Source: an uncultured Candidatus Saccharibacteria bacterium (GTDB taxonomy: Bacteria > Patescibacteriota > Minisyncoccia > Phycocordibacterales > UBA9973). From it: 64,000 nucleotides of DNA. The notes under the pieces were generated by a model, which was given only the letters and a program-made list of their open reading frames with translations, made no database searches and was not told the origin of the DNA. Positions 24,693-33,781 of this stretch are shown here, piece by piece. Numbering within the stretch: the first letter of the stretch is position 1; every line of letters starts with the position of its first letter. The stretch spans positions 11,040-75,039 of the forward strand of contig CAZUZL010000004.1 in NCBI GenBank assembly GCA_964625065.1, given 5' to 3'. The translations under genes were made by a program, and so were the position numbers.

Positions 24693-26348
24693 TTAATTAA
24701 CACTACGTGAAGTGAATTTAATTTTATGGAATATAGGCATTATGTGTTTATTTTTAGCAAACACCAACACTGTTGCCCATAGTGCCCCGCCGACTAGACC
24801 CACAGTTAGTACGCGTGCAAGTTCTGTTTTAGCAGATATTACAGACGGCACTAAACTATAAGACACATGCAAACCGCCATATAACACTATACCTAACAAT
24901 ACACCAGCACCAATAACGTCGGCACCGTGGCTAATAATAGACCGCGCTGTGTAACGTGGAAAATGTTTTTTAATAGATATATACATTAGACCTATGTTTA
25001 TGTATTCGCCCAGTGTATACGCTAACGGTAGTACTATCATGTTTGCATGTGGCAAACCACTAATGCCAAACAAATTTGTCAGAGCGTTTACAGCACCAGG
25101 CATGTATAGTGTGGCTTCGTAGCCAACATAAATTAATGCAACCAATGCAACAGCTGAAATACTATTTACTATTAGTGGTTGTTTAGTATTGCCCACCGCA
25201 TAGTACATACGCACCAACACGTACAGTATGCCCTGTGTAGCTAACGACAAAACAAATATACCCAACGCTGCGCCGGTAACCTGCGCATGCGCATATGTAA
25301 ATTTATACGAACCTAACAATATGTAAACTATCTGTGTTCGAAAAATAAAGAAAACAACAGACGCAGGTAAAGACCAGAAGAATATTTTTTCAGTTACACT
25401 GTGCGCTGTATTATAAAAATTGTCATGTGCATTTTCAGCATGCGACTTTGCTAAGTGTGGGAAAGAAGCAACAGCAAAAGACAAACCTATCATAGAAACT
25501 GGTACCATTTGTACTGTTAATGCAAATGTAAACAAAGACACGGCACCGACGCCAAATTTTGATGCAAATGCAACTATCCATATCAACACCAAACTATTAA
25601 GCGACAACGCAATGGTGCGTGGTATAGCCTGCATAAATACAGTTTTAATTGTGGCCCACGAATACCGTTGGAAACTTGGAAATAGCCGGTGTTTTTTAAC
25701 TGCTGGTATTTGTAGCAACATATGCCCCGCCGCACCTAAAACTACACCCCATGCCAACCCCCACAAACCAAACTGTGGAAACAGTACTGTTATGCCTATA
25801 ACAATGCCCAGGTTATACACCAGTGGTGCACATGACCACAATGCATACTGTTTATAATACTGCGTAACAATACCAAATATATTTGAAAAACCTAAAAATA
25901 CCGGTGACAGCAACATTATACGGCTTATAGAAATAAGTGTTTTTGTATCTGCCACAGAATACGCAGGGGCAATTATTTTTGCTATGTATGGCATTGCAAA
26001 AAATACTATTACAGAAATAATTGCAATTAGTAATGCAAAGAAAGACGCCATGTCTGACAAAAACTTTTTTGCATTTACCCTTTCAGAATCGTCTTTCAAG
26101 TGGTTAGCTAAAAACGGCAACAATATAGTTACAGACACTAACGTAGCAATACTGTTAAATAAAAAGTCAGGTATACGAAACGCTGTGTAGTATATATCCA
26201 GTAGTTGTGTCGGACCCAGGACATGTGCCAGTGCCCTGTCGCGCACAAAACCCAACAACTGTGTTAATAGTCCCAATGCACTAATAATAAGCGCGGCCTG
26301 ACCAACGTCTGTAAAACCTTTATTTATAAAGTAAGTTATTCGCTTCAC
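24693..26348 (-). CDS. murJ: Lipid II flippase MurJ (MviN)
   Basis: N-terminal ALIISALGLLTQLLGFVRDRALAHVLG...IYYTAFRIPDFLFN is typical of MurJ. About 14 TM helices and a length of 551 aa. Confidence 0.85.
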   Translation of the reverse strand: MKRITYFINKGFTDVGQAALIISALGLLTQLLGFVRDRALAHVLGPTQLLDIYYTAFRIPDFLFNSIATLVSVTILLPFLANHLKDDSERVNAKKFLSDMASFFALLIAIISVIVFFAMPYIAKIIAPAYSVADTKTLISISRIMLLSPVFLGFSNIFGIVTQYYKQYALWSCAPLVYNLGIVIGITVLFPQFGLWGLAWGVVLGAAGHMLLQIPAVKKHRLFPSFQRYSWATIKTVFMQAIPRTIALSLNSLVLIWIVAFASKFGVGAVSLFTFALTVQMVPVSMIGLSFAVASFPHLAKSHAENAHDNFYNTAHSVTEKIFFWSLPASVVFFIFRTQIVYILLGSYKFTYAHAQVTGAALGIFVLSLATQGILYVLVRMYYAVGNTKQPLIVNSISAVALVALIYVGYEATLYMPGAVNALTNLFGISGLPHANMIVLPLAYTLGEYINIGLMYISIKKHFPRYTARSIISHGADVIGAGVLLGIVLYGGLHVSYSLVPSVISAKTELARVLTVGLVGGALWATVLVFAKNKHIMPIFHKIKFTSRSVN

Positions 26349-26354
26349 GGAAAT

Positions 26355-28679
26355 TTATTGTTTAGTATTTGTTTTTTTATTTTTATCTGTTTGTTGTATG
26401 TTTGGCACTGGTAAATTTAGTTGGTCTATTTTTTCTTTTAGGTTTTTGTAGTCTACATTTTCTGGACTAAGTCGTAGTAGTGCGTCTACCAGTGTTGTGG
26501 CTTCTTCTATAGAACCGTTTTTAACATCTGCCTGCGCCAACATATAACCTATACTTTGGTTTGGTGTTAACGAAAATGCCATTCTAAAGTCGTTTACTGA
26601 ATCAACATTGTTACCCATTTGGCTTAGTAGTATACCCCTAGAAACGTATAGGTCGGCCATGTTCGGGTTGTATTTTATGGCAACACTTAGGTTGTTTACG
26701 GCACCGGCAAAGTCTTTTGCATTGTATGCAATCTGCGCCTTAAGTTGGTACGCGGCTACATAGTCAGGTTTTAGTTCCAAAGATTTGTTTATAAAACTAG
26801 TAGCATTTTCTATGTTTTTATTAGCTAGTTCTAAACGTGCCTTTGCCAACGGTACAGCTGGCGACTGTGGTACATAGTACCCGACTTTGTCGTATGCAGC
26901 AACACCGTTTGTATATGGGTCGCCGGCTATCTGTAGTGTGGTTGCTATTTCAAAAAACTGCCCAAGGTTTAACCAGTTACTGTAGTTAGCTGGGTCTATA
27001 GTAGTAGCCACAACACTAGAATTTTGTATTGCAGTAACCAGGTTCTGAGCTTCAGTTTCTGCGTTTTTTGTATTGCCACTTAACAATGTGTTCAGTTGGT
27101 TTGTATAAATTGTAGACAAAGTTCTATAGTACATGTCGTTTTTATTTTCAAGCTTTATAGCTTTTTGTATATATACTAACGCAGATTCAGCTGTGTTTGT
27201 TTGTGAAGCTTTTGTAAAATATATTACAGAACTAATTTTTGTAATAGAAAAATACAAACCAACAATAGAACCCACCATAACACATACCAGTACTAGTATG
27301 GTAAAAAAACTATTTCTAGGGTCTTTCAGGTATGTGTTTTTATAAACAGATATTATGTTTTTAGATGCTAACAGACCTACAAACATAGCTGTTGTTATAA
27401 ACGTCAGAACAAATACAGTTACATTTGTGCCTATACAGAAATGTACAATCCATAGAAAAGCTGAAACAAAAAATGTAGTTACCAGTGGTGCGTCAAATTT
27501 TTCAGTTTTAAACTGTGCCAACAATACACGCACACCTGTAACAAAATATATAAACAAGAAAAACAACCATGCCACAAAACCTACAGCACCTGTTGTTACC
27601 AAAGATGTAAACACAGACCCGTAACCGTTTGTAAAACCTGTGTCCCAGTACTGGGTGTTGTTTATTTCTAGTGGTTTAAACTGCATCCATGTTTCTGCAA
27701 AACGCCCTGGCCCGTAGCCTACTAGTGTACGTAATGTGTTTGAACTAGTTTGTTTTTTATATATACCTAATGTTGCTTTTACAGAAGGCTGTGCATAGTT
27801 ACTTACAAAGCCAACTTTAGAACTTATAAATGTGCCAACAAAACTGTTGCCTAATGTAAACAAAATACAAACAACAATAATTATAAATGTTGTAATGGGT
27901 ATTGTTTTGCTTATTGGAGTGTTAGTTTGGTTTGGTTTGTGTAGCAGTGCAACACTATAAACGAAAAACAACAGTGCCACCACACCAGTTATAACCCATA
28001 TCGAAACTATGTTTACTAGGGCCATTACCAACAAACCCATGGCAATAACAACCCAGTAAAAAACTTTATTTAAAACACCTTTTGTAGAAAACACACTGTA
28101 GCACATAGCCAACAGTACAACTGTAGCTGAAACTACACCGTAGTCTGTCCACGAACCAACCATGGTGTTGTTTATTATGCCTTTTATAAAAGACATATTG
28201 TATACCGAGTTTTTTGTAAGGTATGTAAATAAAACCAAAACAAAAGAAGCAATAAAAGATATAAATATAGTTCTGATTATACGTTTATGGTTACGTTCTG
28301 TGCCGGTATATTGTATACCTAAGAAATAAACTAAAACTAAAGACAAAACCGAGGCTACACTGCCTACTTCAAAAGACAAACCAAACATTGATTTATAAAA
28401 AGCGGGCGAAAAAAACGCCGACAAAGTTGTGGTTAACAAAACCAACATTAGACCCAGGTTTATGCGGGTTTTTGGGTATGAAACTTCGCCGTCTACAAAA
28501 CGTGCAACGGCATATGCCAATATAGATATAGTTAACCCTATAACCAACAGTGCACCTTTTATAGAACCCAAGTTAATTGAAAAATACGGTATAAATAAAA
28601 ACGGTAGCAGTATTATGGTTGCAAAAAAAGCAAACCTTGAAATTGCGTTCATGCGCAATAGCAGTTTAGGTGGATTCAT
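26355..28679 (-). CDS. O-antigen-ligase-like polytopic membrane protein with a C-terminal TPR-repeat domain
   Basis: About 12 TM helices at the N terminus, then TPR-like repeats (AYQLKAQIAYNAKDFAGAVNNLSVAIKYNPNMADLYVSRGILLSQMGN). Confidence 0.5.
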   Translation of the reverse strand: MNPPKLLLRMNAISRFAFFATIILLPFLFIPYFSINLGSIKGALLVIGLTISILAYAVARFVDGEVSYPKTRINLGLMLVLLTTTLSAFFSPAFYKSMFGLSFEVGSVASVLSLVLVYFLGIQYTGTERNHKRIIRTIFISFIASFVLVLFTYLTKNSVYNMSFIKGIINNTMVGSWTDYGVVSATVVLLAMCYSVFSTKGVLNKVFYWVVIAMGLLVMALVNIVSIWVITGVVALLFFVYSVALLHKPNQTNTPISKTIPITTFIIIVVCILFTLGNSFVGTFISSKVGFVSNYAQPSVKATLGIYKKQTSSNTLRTLVGYGPGRFAETWMQFKPLEINNTQYWDTGFTNGYGSVFTSLVTTGAVGFVAWLFFLFIYFVTGVRVLLAQFKTEKFDAPLVTTFFVSAFLWIVHFCIGTNVTVFVLTFITTAMFVGLLASKNIISVYKNTYLKDPRNSFFTILVLVCVMVGSIVGLYFSITKISSVIYFTKASQTNTAESALVYIQKAIKLENKNDMYYRTLSTIYTNQLNTLLSGNTKNAETEAQNLVTAIQNSSVVATTIDPANYSNWLNLGQFFEIATTLQIAGDPYTNGVAAYDKVGYYVPQSPAVPLAKARLELANKNIENATSFINKSLELKPDYVAAYQLKAQIAYNAKDFAGAVNNLSVAIKYNPNMADLYVSRGILLSQMGNNVDSVNDFRMAFSLTPNQSIGYMLAQADVKNGSIEEATTLVDALLRLSPENVDYKNLKEKIDQLNLPVPNIQQTDKNKKTNTKQ

Positions 28680-28700
28680 ATATGCAATTATACCACAGCA

Positions 28701-31529
28701 CTATACTGCTGCAATGTTTATAAGTCTGCCAGGGACGTATATTATTTTCTTTATTTCTTTACCTTCTAGCCACTGTAAAACTTTTTCGTTTTTCATTGCA
28801 ATAGACTCTACATCTGACTGTATTGCGTCAGTTGGTATTGTTATTTCAGCGCGAACTTTGCCGTTAACTTGCACACCGATGGTTACAGTGCTTGAAGTTA
28901 TTTTCTTAGGGTTGTATTTAGGCCATGGGCTTTGATGAATACTGTTTTTTGAAGACTCAAAAACCGCCCATAATTCGTCTGTAACATGCGGTGCAAATGG
29001 GGCCAGTAACTGTAAGAATGTTTTAAACATATCTACAGGCACAGTGGGTGCATTTTCAAATTCATTTAGACATATCATTAAACTAGATATTGCAGTATTG
29101 AATGCAAAGTTTTCTATATCTTCGGTAACTTTCTTAATGGTTTTATGTAAAGTTATGACAGTAGTTTCAGAAATAGCGGAAGCGGAGAACGATTTTGAAT
29201 GGTCTGGCTGAGCGATTTTTGCCGAAGGTGAAAAATGTCGCGAAGAGATCCCCGCCCGACCGAGTCCTTCGGGCAGGCGAGGACCTGAAAAATCGTTCTC
29301 CGGTGAAGCTATTATTTTTTGACCTAATCTCCAAACACGTTCAATAAACCGGCGTGAACCTATTATACTTTCAGTGTTCCATGGCTGGCTTGCAGTAAAC
29401 GGCCCCATAAACATTTCATATACACGTAATGTGTCTGCACCAAATGTTTTTATTATATCGTCTGGGTTTACTACATTACCCCAACGTTTAGACATTTTAC
29501 GGCCATCGGCAGCTAATATTAGACCCTGGTTGTACATTTTTTTAAACGGTTCTTCGGTATTTACTGAACCGATATCTTTCAAAAACTTATGCCAGAAACG
29601 TGAATACAACAAATGCCCGGTAACGTGTTCTGCACCGCCTACATACACGTCTACATTTTTCCAATATGCTATTTCTTTGTCACCTACTAACGACTTTGCA
29701 TTTTTCGGGTCCATATAACGTAGGAAATACCAAGAAGATCCCGCCCAACCCGGCATAGTGTTTGTTTCATAACCTTTATCTGTCCAAGACTTAACACCTG
29801 CCAACGGCCCCTCAGCCTTACCTGTAGGTTCGTACGACTTTACGTTTGGTAGTTCTAGTGGAAGTTTTTTAACTTCGTGTATTATTCCACCTTTGTCGCG
29901 GTATAGTGGAATAGGTTCGCCCCAGTAACGCTGACGTGCAAATATTGCATCACGCATTTTGTAGTTTGTTATAGTTCTGCCACCTACTGATTTTGTAATT
30001 TCTATTTTAGCTTTTTCTGAAGGCATTCCTGTAAATGAACCAGAATTTATTGCGTAACCCAAACCTGTATAACATTCGTACTGTAAATTTACTTCTACAT
30101 CTGACCAACTTCTTGAACCCATTGGTACAGGCTTAAGAGTTTTTTCGTCATTAAGGTTTACTGCAATAACTTTTTTAATATCTAATTTATATTTCTTTGC
30201 AAATTCAAAGTCGCGTTCGTCGTGCGCCGGTACAGACATAACAGCACCAGTACCATAACCAGCTAAAACATAGTCGGCCACCCATACAGGAACAGCTTCG
30301 CCGTTGGCTGGGTTTATAGCTTTTATACCTTTTAGTTCTACACCAGATTTTTCGTTGTTTTCTGTGCGTTCTTCATTTGTTTTGTTTTTAACTTGGCGTA
30401 TGTATGTTTCTACAACACTATAGTTTTGTATTTGTGTTTTGTTTTTTTCTATAAAGTCATGTTCTGGCGCTAATACAACAGCTGATACACCAAACAAAGT
30501 GTCTGCCCGTGTTGTAAACACAGTTATTTTGTCTGTACTGCCTTCAACTAAAAAGTCTATTTCTGCGCCTTCGCTTTTACCTATCCAGTTGTTTTGTATT
30601 GTTTTAATATGTTCGGGGAAATCGATGGTTTCTAGTCCACTGATCAAACGTTCAGCATATGCAGTTATGCGCATAGACCATTGGCGTATTGTCATTTTTT
30701 CTACTGGGTATTCACCACGTTCAGAAACTTGTTTACCATCTTTGTCCACGATCTCATCATTTGCCAGCACGGTACCTAATTCCTGACACCAGTTTACTTC
30801 ACTGTCAGCTTCATAAGCCAGACGGTAGTGCATTAGTATTTCTTGTTTTTTTAATTCAGTAAAACCTTTCCACTGAATAGCAGAAAATGCAAAACGGTAT
30901 GTAGTATATGCATTACCATTTTTTACATAATCTTTATTACCCTTTGTTTCAAATATTTTTACTAATTGGTCTATAGACTGGGCTTTGTTTTTCTTTACAT
31001 CGTAGTACGAATTATAAAGTTGTAAGAATATCCATTGTGTCCATTTGTAGTATTCTGGGTCTGTAGTATTTATTCTACGTGTCCAGTCATAAGACAAACC
31101 TATTGCTGAAAGTTGTTTTTCAAAAGTTTTTACATTTATTTCCACTGCGCGTTTAGGGTGCACCTTATGTGCTATAGCGTACTGTTCCGCAGGTAAACCG
31201 AATGCATCGTAACCCATCGGGTGCAAAACATTGTAACCCTGCATGCGTTTATATTGTGCTAATACGTCAGACCCAATGTAGCCACGTGGGTGACCAACGT
31301 GCAAACCAGCCCCAGACGGGTATGGAAACATATCCAAAATATAGAAAGGCTTTTTTCCGCCAGCTGGCGGATTTTTCTTGGCGTCACTTGCCGACAGGGT
31401 TTTGTAAGTTTGATTTTTGTCCCACAGTTTTTGCCACTTTTTTTCAATAGCAAGGTGGTTGTAGTCCTTAATTTTTGCTGGTTTTTTAGCACCAGTGGAC
31501 GTGGTTTTTTTAGCCATATTTGTTTTCAT
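28701..31529 (-). CDS. leuS: Leucine--tRNA ligase carrying an in-frame insertion of a palindromic repeat. Start set at the ATG giving MKTNMAKK; the ATG at 31517 is also possible.
   Basis: HIGH-type motif PYPSGAGLHVGHPRGY, KMSKRWGN and CP1/editing-domain similarity. A 119-bp element flanked by terminal inverted repeats at 29182-29300 encodes an extra segment, ENDFSGPRLPEGLGRAGISSRHFSPSAKIAQPDHSKS, between the conserved VWRL and LHKTIKKVT. Confidence 0.9.
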   Translation of the reverse strand: MKTNMAKKTTSTGAKKPAKIKDYNHLAIEKKWQKLWDKNQTYKTLSASDAKKNPPAGGKKPFYILDMFPYPSGAGLHVGHPRGYIGSDVLAQYKRMQGYNVLHPMGYDAFGLPAEQYAIAHKVHPKRAVEINVKTFEKQLSAIGLSYDWTRRINTTDPEYYKWTQWIFLQLYNSYYDVKKNKAQSIDQLVKIFETKGNKDYVKNGNAYTTYRFAFSAIQWKGFTELKKQEILMHYRLAYEADSEVNWCQELGTVLANDEIVDKDGKQVSERGEYPVEKMTIRQWSMRITAYAERLISGLETIDFPEHIKTIQNNWIGKSEGAEIDFLVEGSTDKITVFTTRADTLFGVSAVVLAPEHDFIEKNKTQIQNYSVVETYIRQVKNKTNEERTENNEKSGVELKGIKAINPANGEAVPVWVADYVLAGYGTGAVMSVPAHDERDFEFAKKYKLDIKKVIAVNLNDEKTLKPVPMGSRSWSDVEVNLQYECYTGLGYAINSGSFTGMPSEKAKIEITKSVGGRTITNYKMRDAIFARQRYWGEPIPLYRDKGGIIHEVKKLPLELPNVKSYEPTGKAEGPLAGVKSWTDKGYETNTMPGWAGSSWYFLRYMDPKNAKSLVGDKEIAYWKNVDVYVGGAEHVTGHLLYSRFWHKFLKDIGSVNTEEPFKKMYNQGLILAADGRKMSKRWGNVVNPDDIIKTFGADTLRVYEMFMGPFTASQPWNTESIIGSRRFIERVWRLGQKIIASPENDFSGPRLPEGLGRAGISSRHFSPSAKIAQPDHSKSFSASAISETTVITLHKTIKKVTEDIENFAFNTAISSLMICLNEFENAPTVPVDMFKTFLQLLAPFAPHVTDELWAVFESSKNSIHQSPWPKYNPKKITSSTVTIGVQVNGKVRAEITIPTDAIQSDVESIAMKNEKVLQWLEGKEIKKIIYVPGRLINIAAV
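29182..29300. repeat. Palindromic dispersed repeat, copy D: a MITE-like element with 14-bp terminal inverted repeats, inserted in-frame in leuS
   Basis: Terminal inverted repeats cggagaacgatttt and aaaatcgttctccg. The internal ttgaatggtctggctgagcgattt matches the cores of copies A and B. A GC-rich internal hairpin is present. Confidence 0.6.
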
Positions 31530-31539
31530 GAATATATGC

Positions 31540-31589
31540 AGTATACCCCCACACCTAGTTTTTTGCAAAAAACTAGGTGTGGGGGTATA
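31540..31589 (-). promoter_or_regulatory. leuS promoter TTGCAA-N17-TATACT embedded in a perfect 48-bp palindrome; the ATG lies 10 nt after the -10
   Basis: tatacccccacacctagttttttgcaaaaaactaggtgtgggggtata is perfectly self-complementary. A related, partly palindromic copy lies at 20350-20405. Confidence 0.55.
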
Positions 31590-31652
31590 GCAAAAAGCGA
31601 ATAAAAATACGAGTTGCAAAAAACAACTGTAAAAACACTATTTATTAACTAA

Positions 31653-32222
31653 TTATTTCGAAAACTTTTTAACAACTAGCCATATTAATAGGCCTAATGC
31701 TAATGCTAGTATTACTACCTTAGCCAAGTTGTCTGCCACAGACCAGTAACGTACAGACGCAATTATTAACGACAGCACCCCGCCCCATGTAAACGCCACA
31801 GCTAGTAGACTGATGCCAATAAACACCCCTAATACAAGCGAAATTATACCTAATGTTAATAACGTTACAAAAACCTTTTTCTCGTAACTTTTTAGGGCTT
31901 TTTGGTAGTTTATGTCGTTTGTATAATTTTCATTACAAAAACCTTCTACTTTAGGTTGTGTTTCCTTAACTGGTTGTACTGTGCCTGGATATGAAGATTC
32001 GTTCCATTGGCCACCAACTGCTATACAACCGTCTTTGGTTGTAGGCGGTGCTATTACTTGTGTGTTTTTGTAGTAGTCGTTGTATACAGGTTCTTTAAAA
32101 ACTAATGATACTGAATAATTAAAAAACATGTTCATTACAATAACTATTGCAACAACAATAGATGCGCGAACAAGTTTAGTAGAAAGTGTACTTGTTATTT
32201 GATTTATTTGATGTGGTTCCAT
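31653..32222 (-). CDS. Hypothetical membrane protein
   Basis: Start set at the ATG giving MEPHQ; the ORF-track start at 32240 is a TTG. A TATAAT box lies 6 nt before the ATG. N-terminal and C-terminal TM helices. Confidence 0.55.
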   Translation of the reverse strand: MEPHQINQITSTLSTKLVRASIVVAIVIVMNMFFNYSVSLVFKEPVYNDYYKNTQVIAPPTTKDGCIAVGGQWNESSYPGTVQPVKETQPKVEGFCNENYTNDINYQKALKSYEKKVFVTLLTLGIISLVLGVFIGISLLAVAFTWGGVLSLIIASVRYWSVADNLAKVVILALALGLLIWLVVKKFSK

Positions 32223-32261
32223 CTTTCTATTATACCACAAATTCTGACCTGCCCCGTAGTA

Positions 32262-32325
32262 AATTTCTGAAAAGGGATACTACCCACTAAACGCACCTAG
32301 TAAAAATTTCACTACGGGGTATAAT
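32262..32325. promoter_or_regulatory. Divergent promoter region with the inverted repeat ccccgtagtaaattt / aaatttcactacgggg, and ACTACGGGGTATAAT 6 nt before the ATG at 32332
   Basis: Both divergent genes have TATAAT 6 nt upstream of their ATG. The inverted-repeat arms are separated by about 35 nt. Confidence 0.5.
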
Positions 32326-32331
32326 AAACAA

Positions 32332-32970
32332 ATGATACAAGACCAACAAAACCGCGTGCGTAGCGTAGAACGTATTGCTATACGCGCAACTACATGGATA
32401 GGTTCGCCCGCGTCGTTAGTTGTACATACTATTTTGTTTGTACTTGCTTTTTTACTTATACTTGTCGGCTTTCCTGTAGACAAAGTTTTACTTGTTTTAA
32501 CTACCATTGTTTCACTCGAAGCTATTTACCTTTCTATATTTATACAAATGTCTGTTAACAGATCTAACCGCAGACTGGTAGCTGTGCGTAAAGACTTGGA
32601 AGAAATCCAGGAAGACGTCGAAGACATTCAGGAAGATGTGGAGGAAATTCAGGAAGGCGTCGAATCTATCGAAAAAGACGTGGATGAAATTCAAAAAGAT
32701 GTGGAAGAAATTCAGGAAGATGTGGAGGGTATTGAGAAGGATGTTGATGAAATTCAGGGCGACATTGAAGGGTTAGAAGAAGATGTAGAGGATATTTCTG
32801 AAGATACAATAGCCACAGCCGTAGCTGAACGTGCCCGCGACCAAGACATGTTAGTACGTGTAGAATCTGCGTTAACAATTCTGATGCAGGAACTACAAGA
32901 CCTAAAAGCAAAACAAATACCGCAGAAACCAGCTACAAAAAAACCAGTTGCAAAAGTGACAAAGAAATAG
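32332..32970 (+). CDS. DUF1003-family membrane protein with a C-terminal acidic heptad-repeat domain
   Basis: Two TM helices plus SLEAIYLSIFIQMSVNRSNRR, matching the DUF1003 core. Ten tandem heptads of the type E-[ED]-I-Q-E-D-V follow. Confidence 0.6.
   Translation: MIQDQQNRVRSVERIAIRATTWIGSPASLVVHTILFVLAFLLILVGFPVDKVLLVLTTIVSLEAIYLSIFIQMSVNRSNRRLVAVRKDLEEIQEDVEDIQEDVEEIQEGVESIEKDVDEIQKDVEEIQEDVEGIEKDVDEIQGDIEGLEEDVEDISEDTIATAVAERARDQDMLVRVESALTILMQELQDLKAKQIPQKPATKKPVAKVTKK
32599..32808. repeat. Tandem 21-bp coding repeats, 10 copies
   Basis: Units gaagaaatccaggaagacgtc, gaagacattcaggaagatgtg, gaggaaattcaggaaggcgtc and so on encode EEIQEDV heptads. Confidence 0.7.
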
Positions 32971-33160
32971 AAAGTAGTATAGTGTATATAACCTAACAAT
33001 CTTTCAACGCCATGGGAACATTAATAGCCACAGGCATTATCATTGTATTGTCTTTATGCCTCTACCCGATTGCCTTTCGTTTTCTATCTAAGAAAAATGA
33101 AAAGGAAGAAATATAAATCTTCGCAATAAAAAAACACACATAAAAAGCCGTAACAATGTT

Positions 33161-33181
33161 CCGGCTTTTTTTTATTTGACA
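33161..33181. repeat. Direct repeat, left copy: terminator 3' half plus atttgaca
   Basis: ccggcttttttttatttgacaa. The right copy, ccggctttttttatttgaca, lies at 33715-33734 and flanks the gene at 33235-33678. Confidence 0.5.
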
Positions 33182-33234
33182 ATTTATATTTTATGATTAG
33201 TATTATAAAAAAGCACACTTAAACCCGAAACGCA

Positions 33235-33678
33235 ATGGAACAGAGCACAAAAATCTTCTCTATGGTGCACAGAATTGTACCATTTAAAACAAAAACATAT
33301 GAAATAACTTCTGCAGATCAAGTTGATCTAGGTGCAGAATTCGTCTGGCAAAAAGAATGTATTAAAGGTAAAACCAAACGTAATTACACATATCGTGCAT
33401 TTACTTGGAACAACCCACATCTGACTGAAATAGTAAGTAAAGGCAAAAACTTGCTTGAAAAAATTTCTAATGCCCACACCGTGGATAACATGCCTACTCA
33501 GGTTGTTGTTGTAGAATGTATAAAAACTACTACATACAAAAGTGCAGAGGAAGTTTCTACCAGTAAAAATGCATTACAGAAAGAGTGCCAAAAAATAACA
33601 CTGTATGCACTTACAATGAATCAAATAGAAGTAATTGTAACTAAAATCAGCACTAAAACAAAAACTAAGGGTAAATAA
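33235..33678 (+). CDS. Hypothetical protein
   Basis: A 147-aa ORF preceded by TTGACA at 33175-33180 and followed by a terminator at 33703-33727. Confidence 0.45.
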   Translation: MEQSTKIFSMVHRIVPFKTKTYEITSADQVDLGAEFVWQKECIKGKTKRNYTYRAFTWNNPHLTEIVSKGKNLLEKISNAHTVDNMPTQVVVVECIKTTTYKSAEEVSTSKNALQKECQKITLYALTMNQIEVIVTKISTKTKTKGK

Positions 33679-33702
33679 AAGACCCTTAGATCAGTTACGG
33701 GA

Positions 33703-33727
33703 GCCGGAACATTTCCGGCTTTTTTTA
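33703..33727 (+). terminator. Rho-independent terminator, homologous to the hairpin at 33147-33170
   Basis: gccggaa-cat-ttccggc followed by T7. Confidence 0.65.
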
Positions 33728-33781
33728 TTTGACACAACAATATTATTATGTTATTTTTAATTCAATTAATATTCTTTAGTC

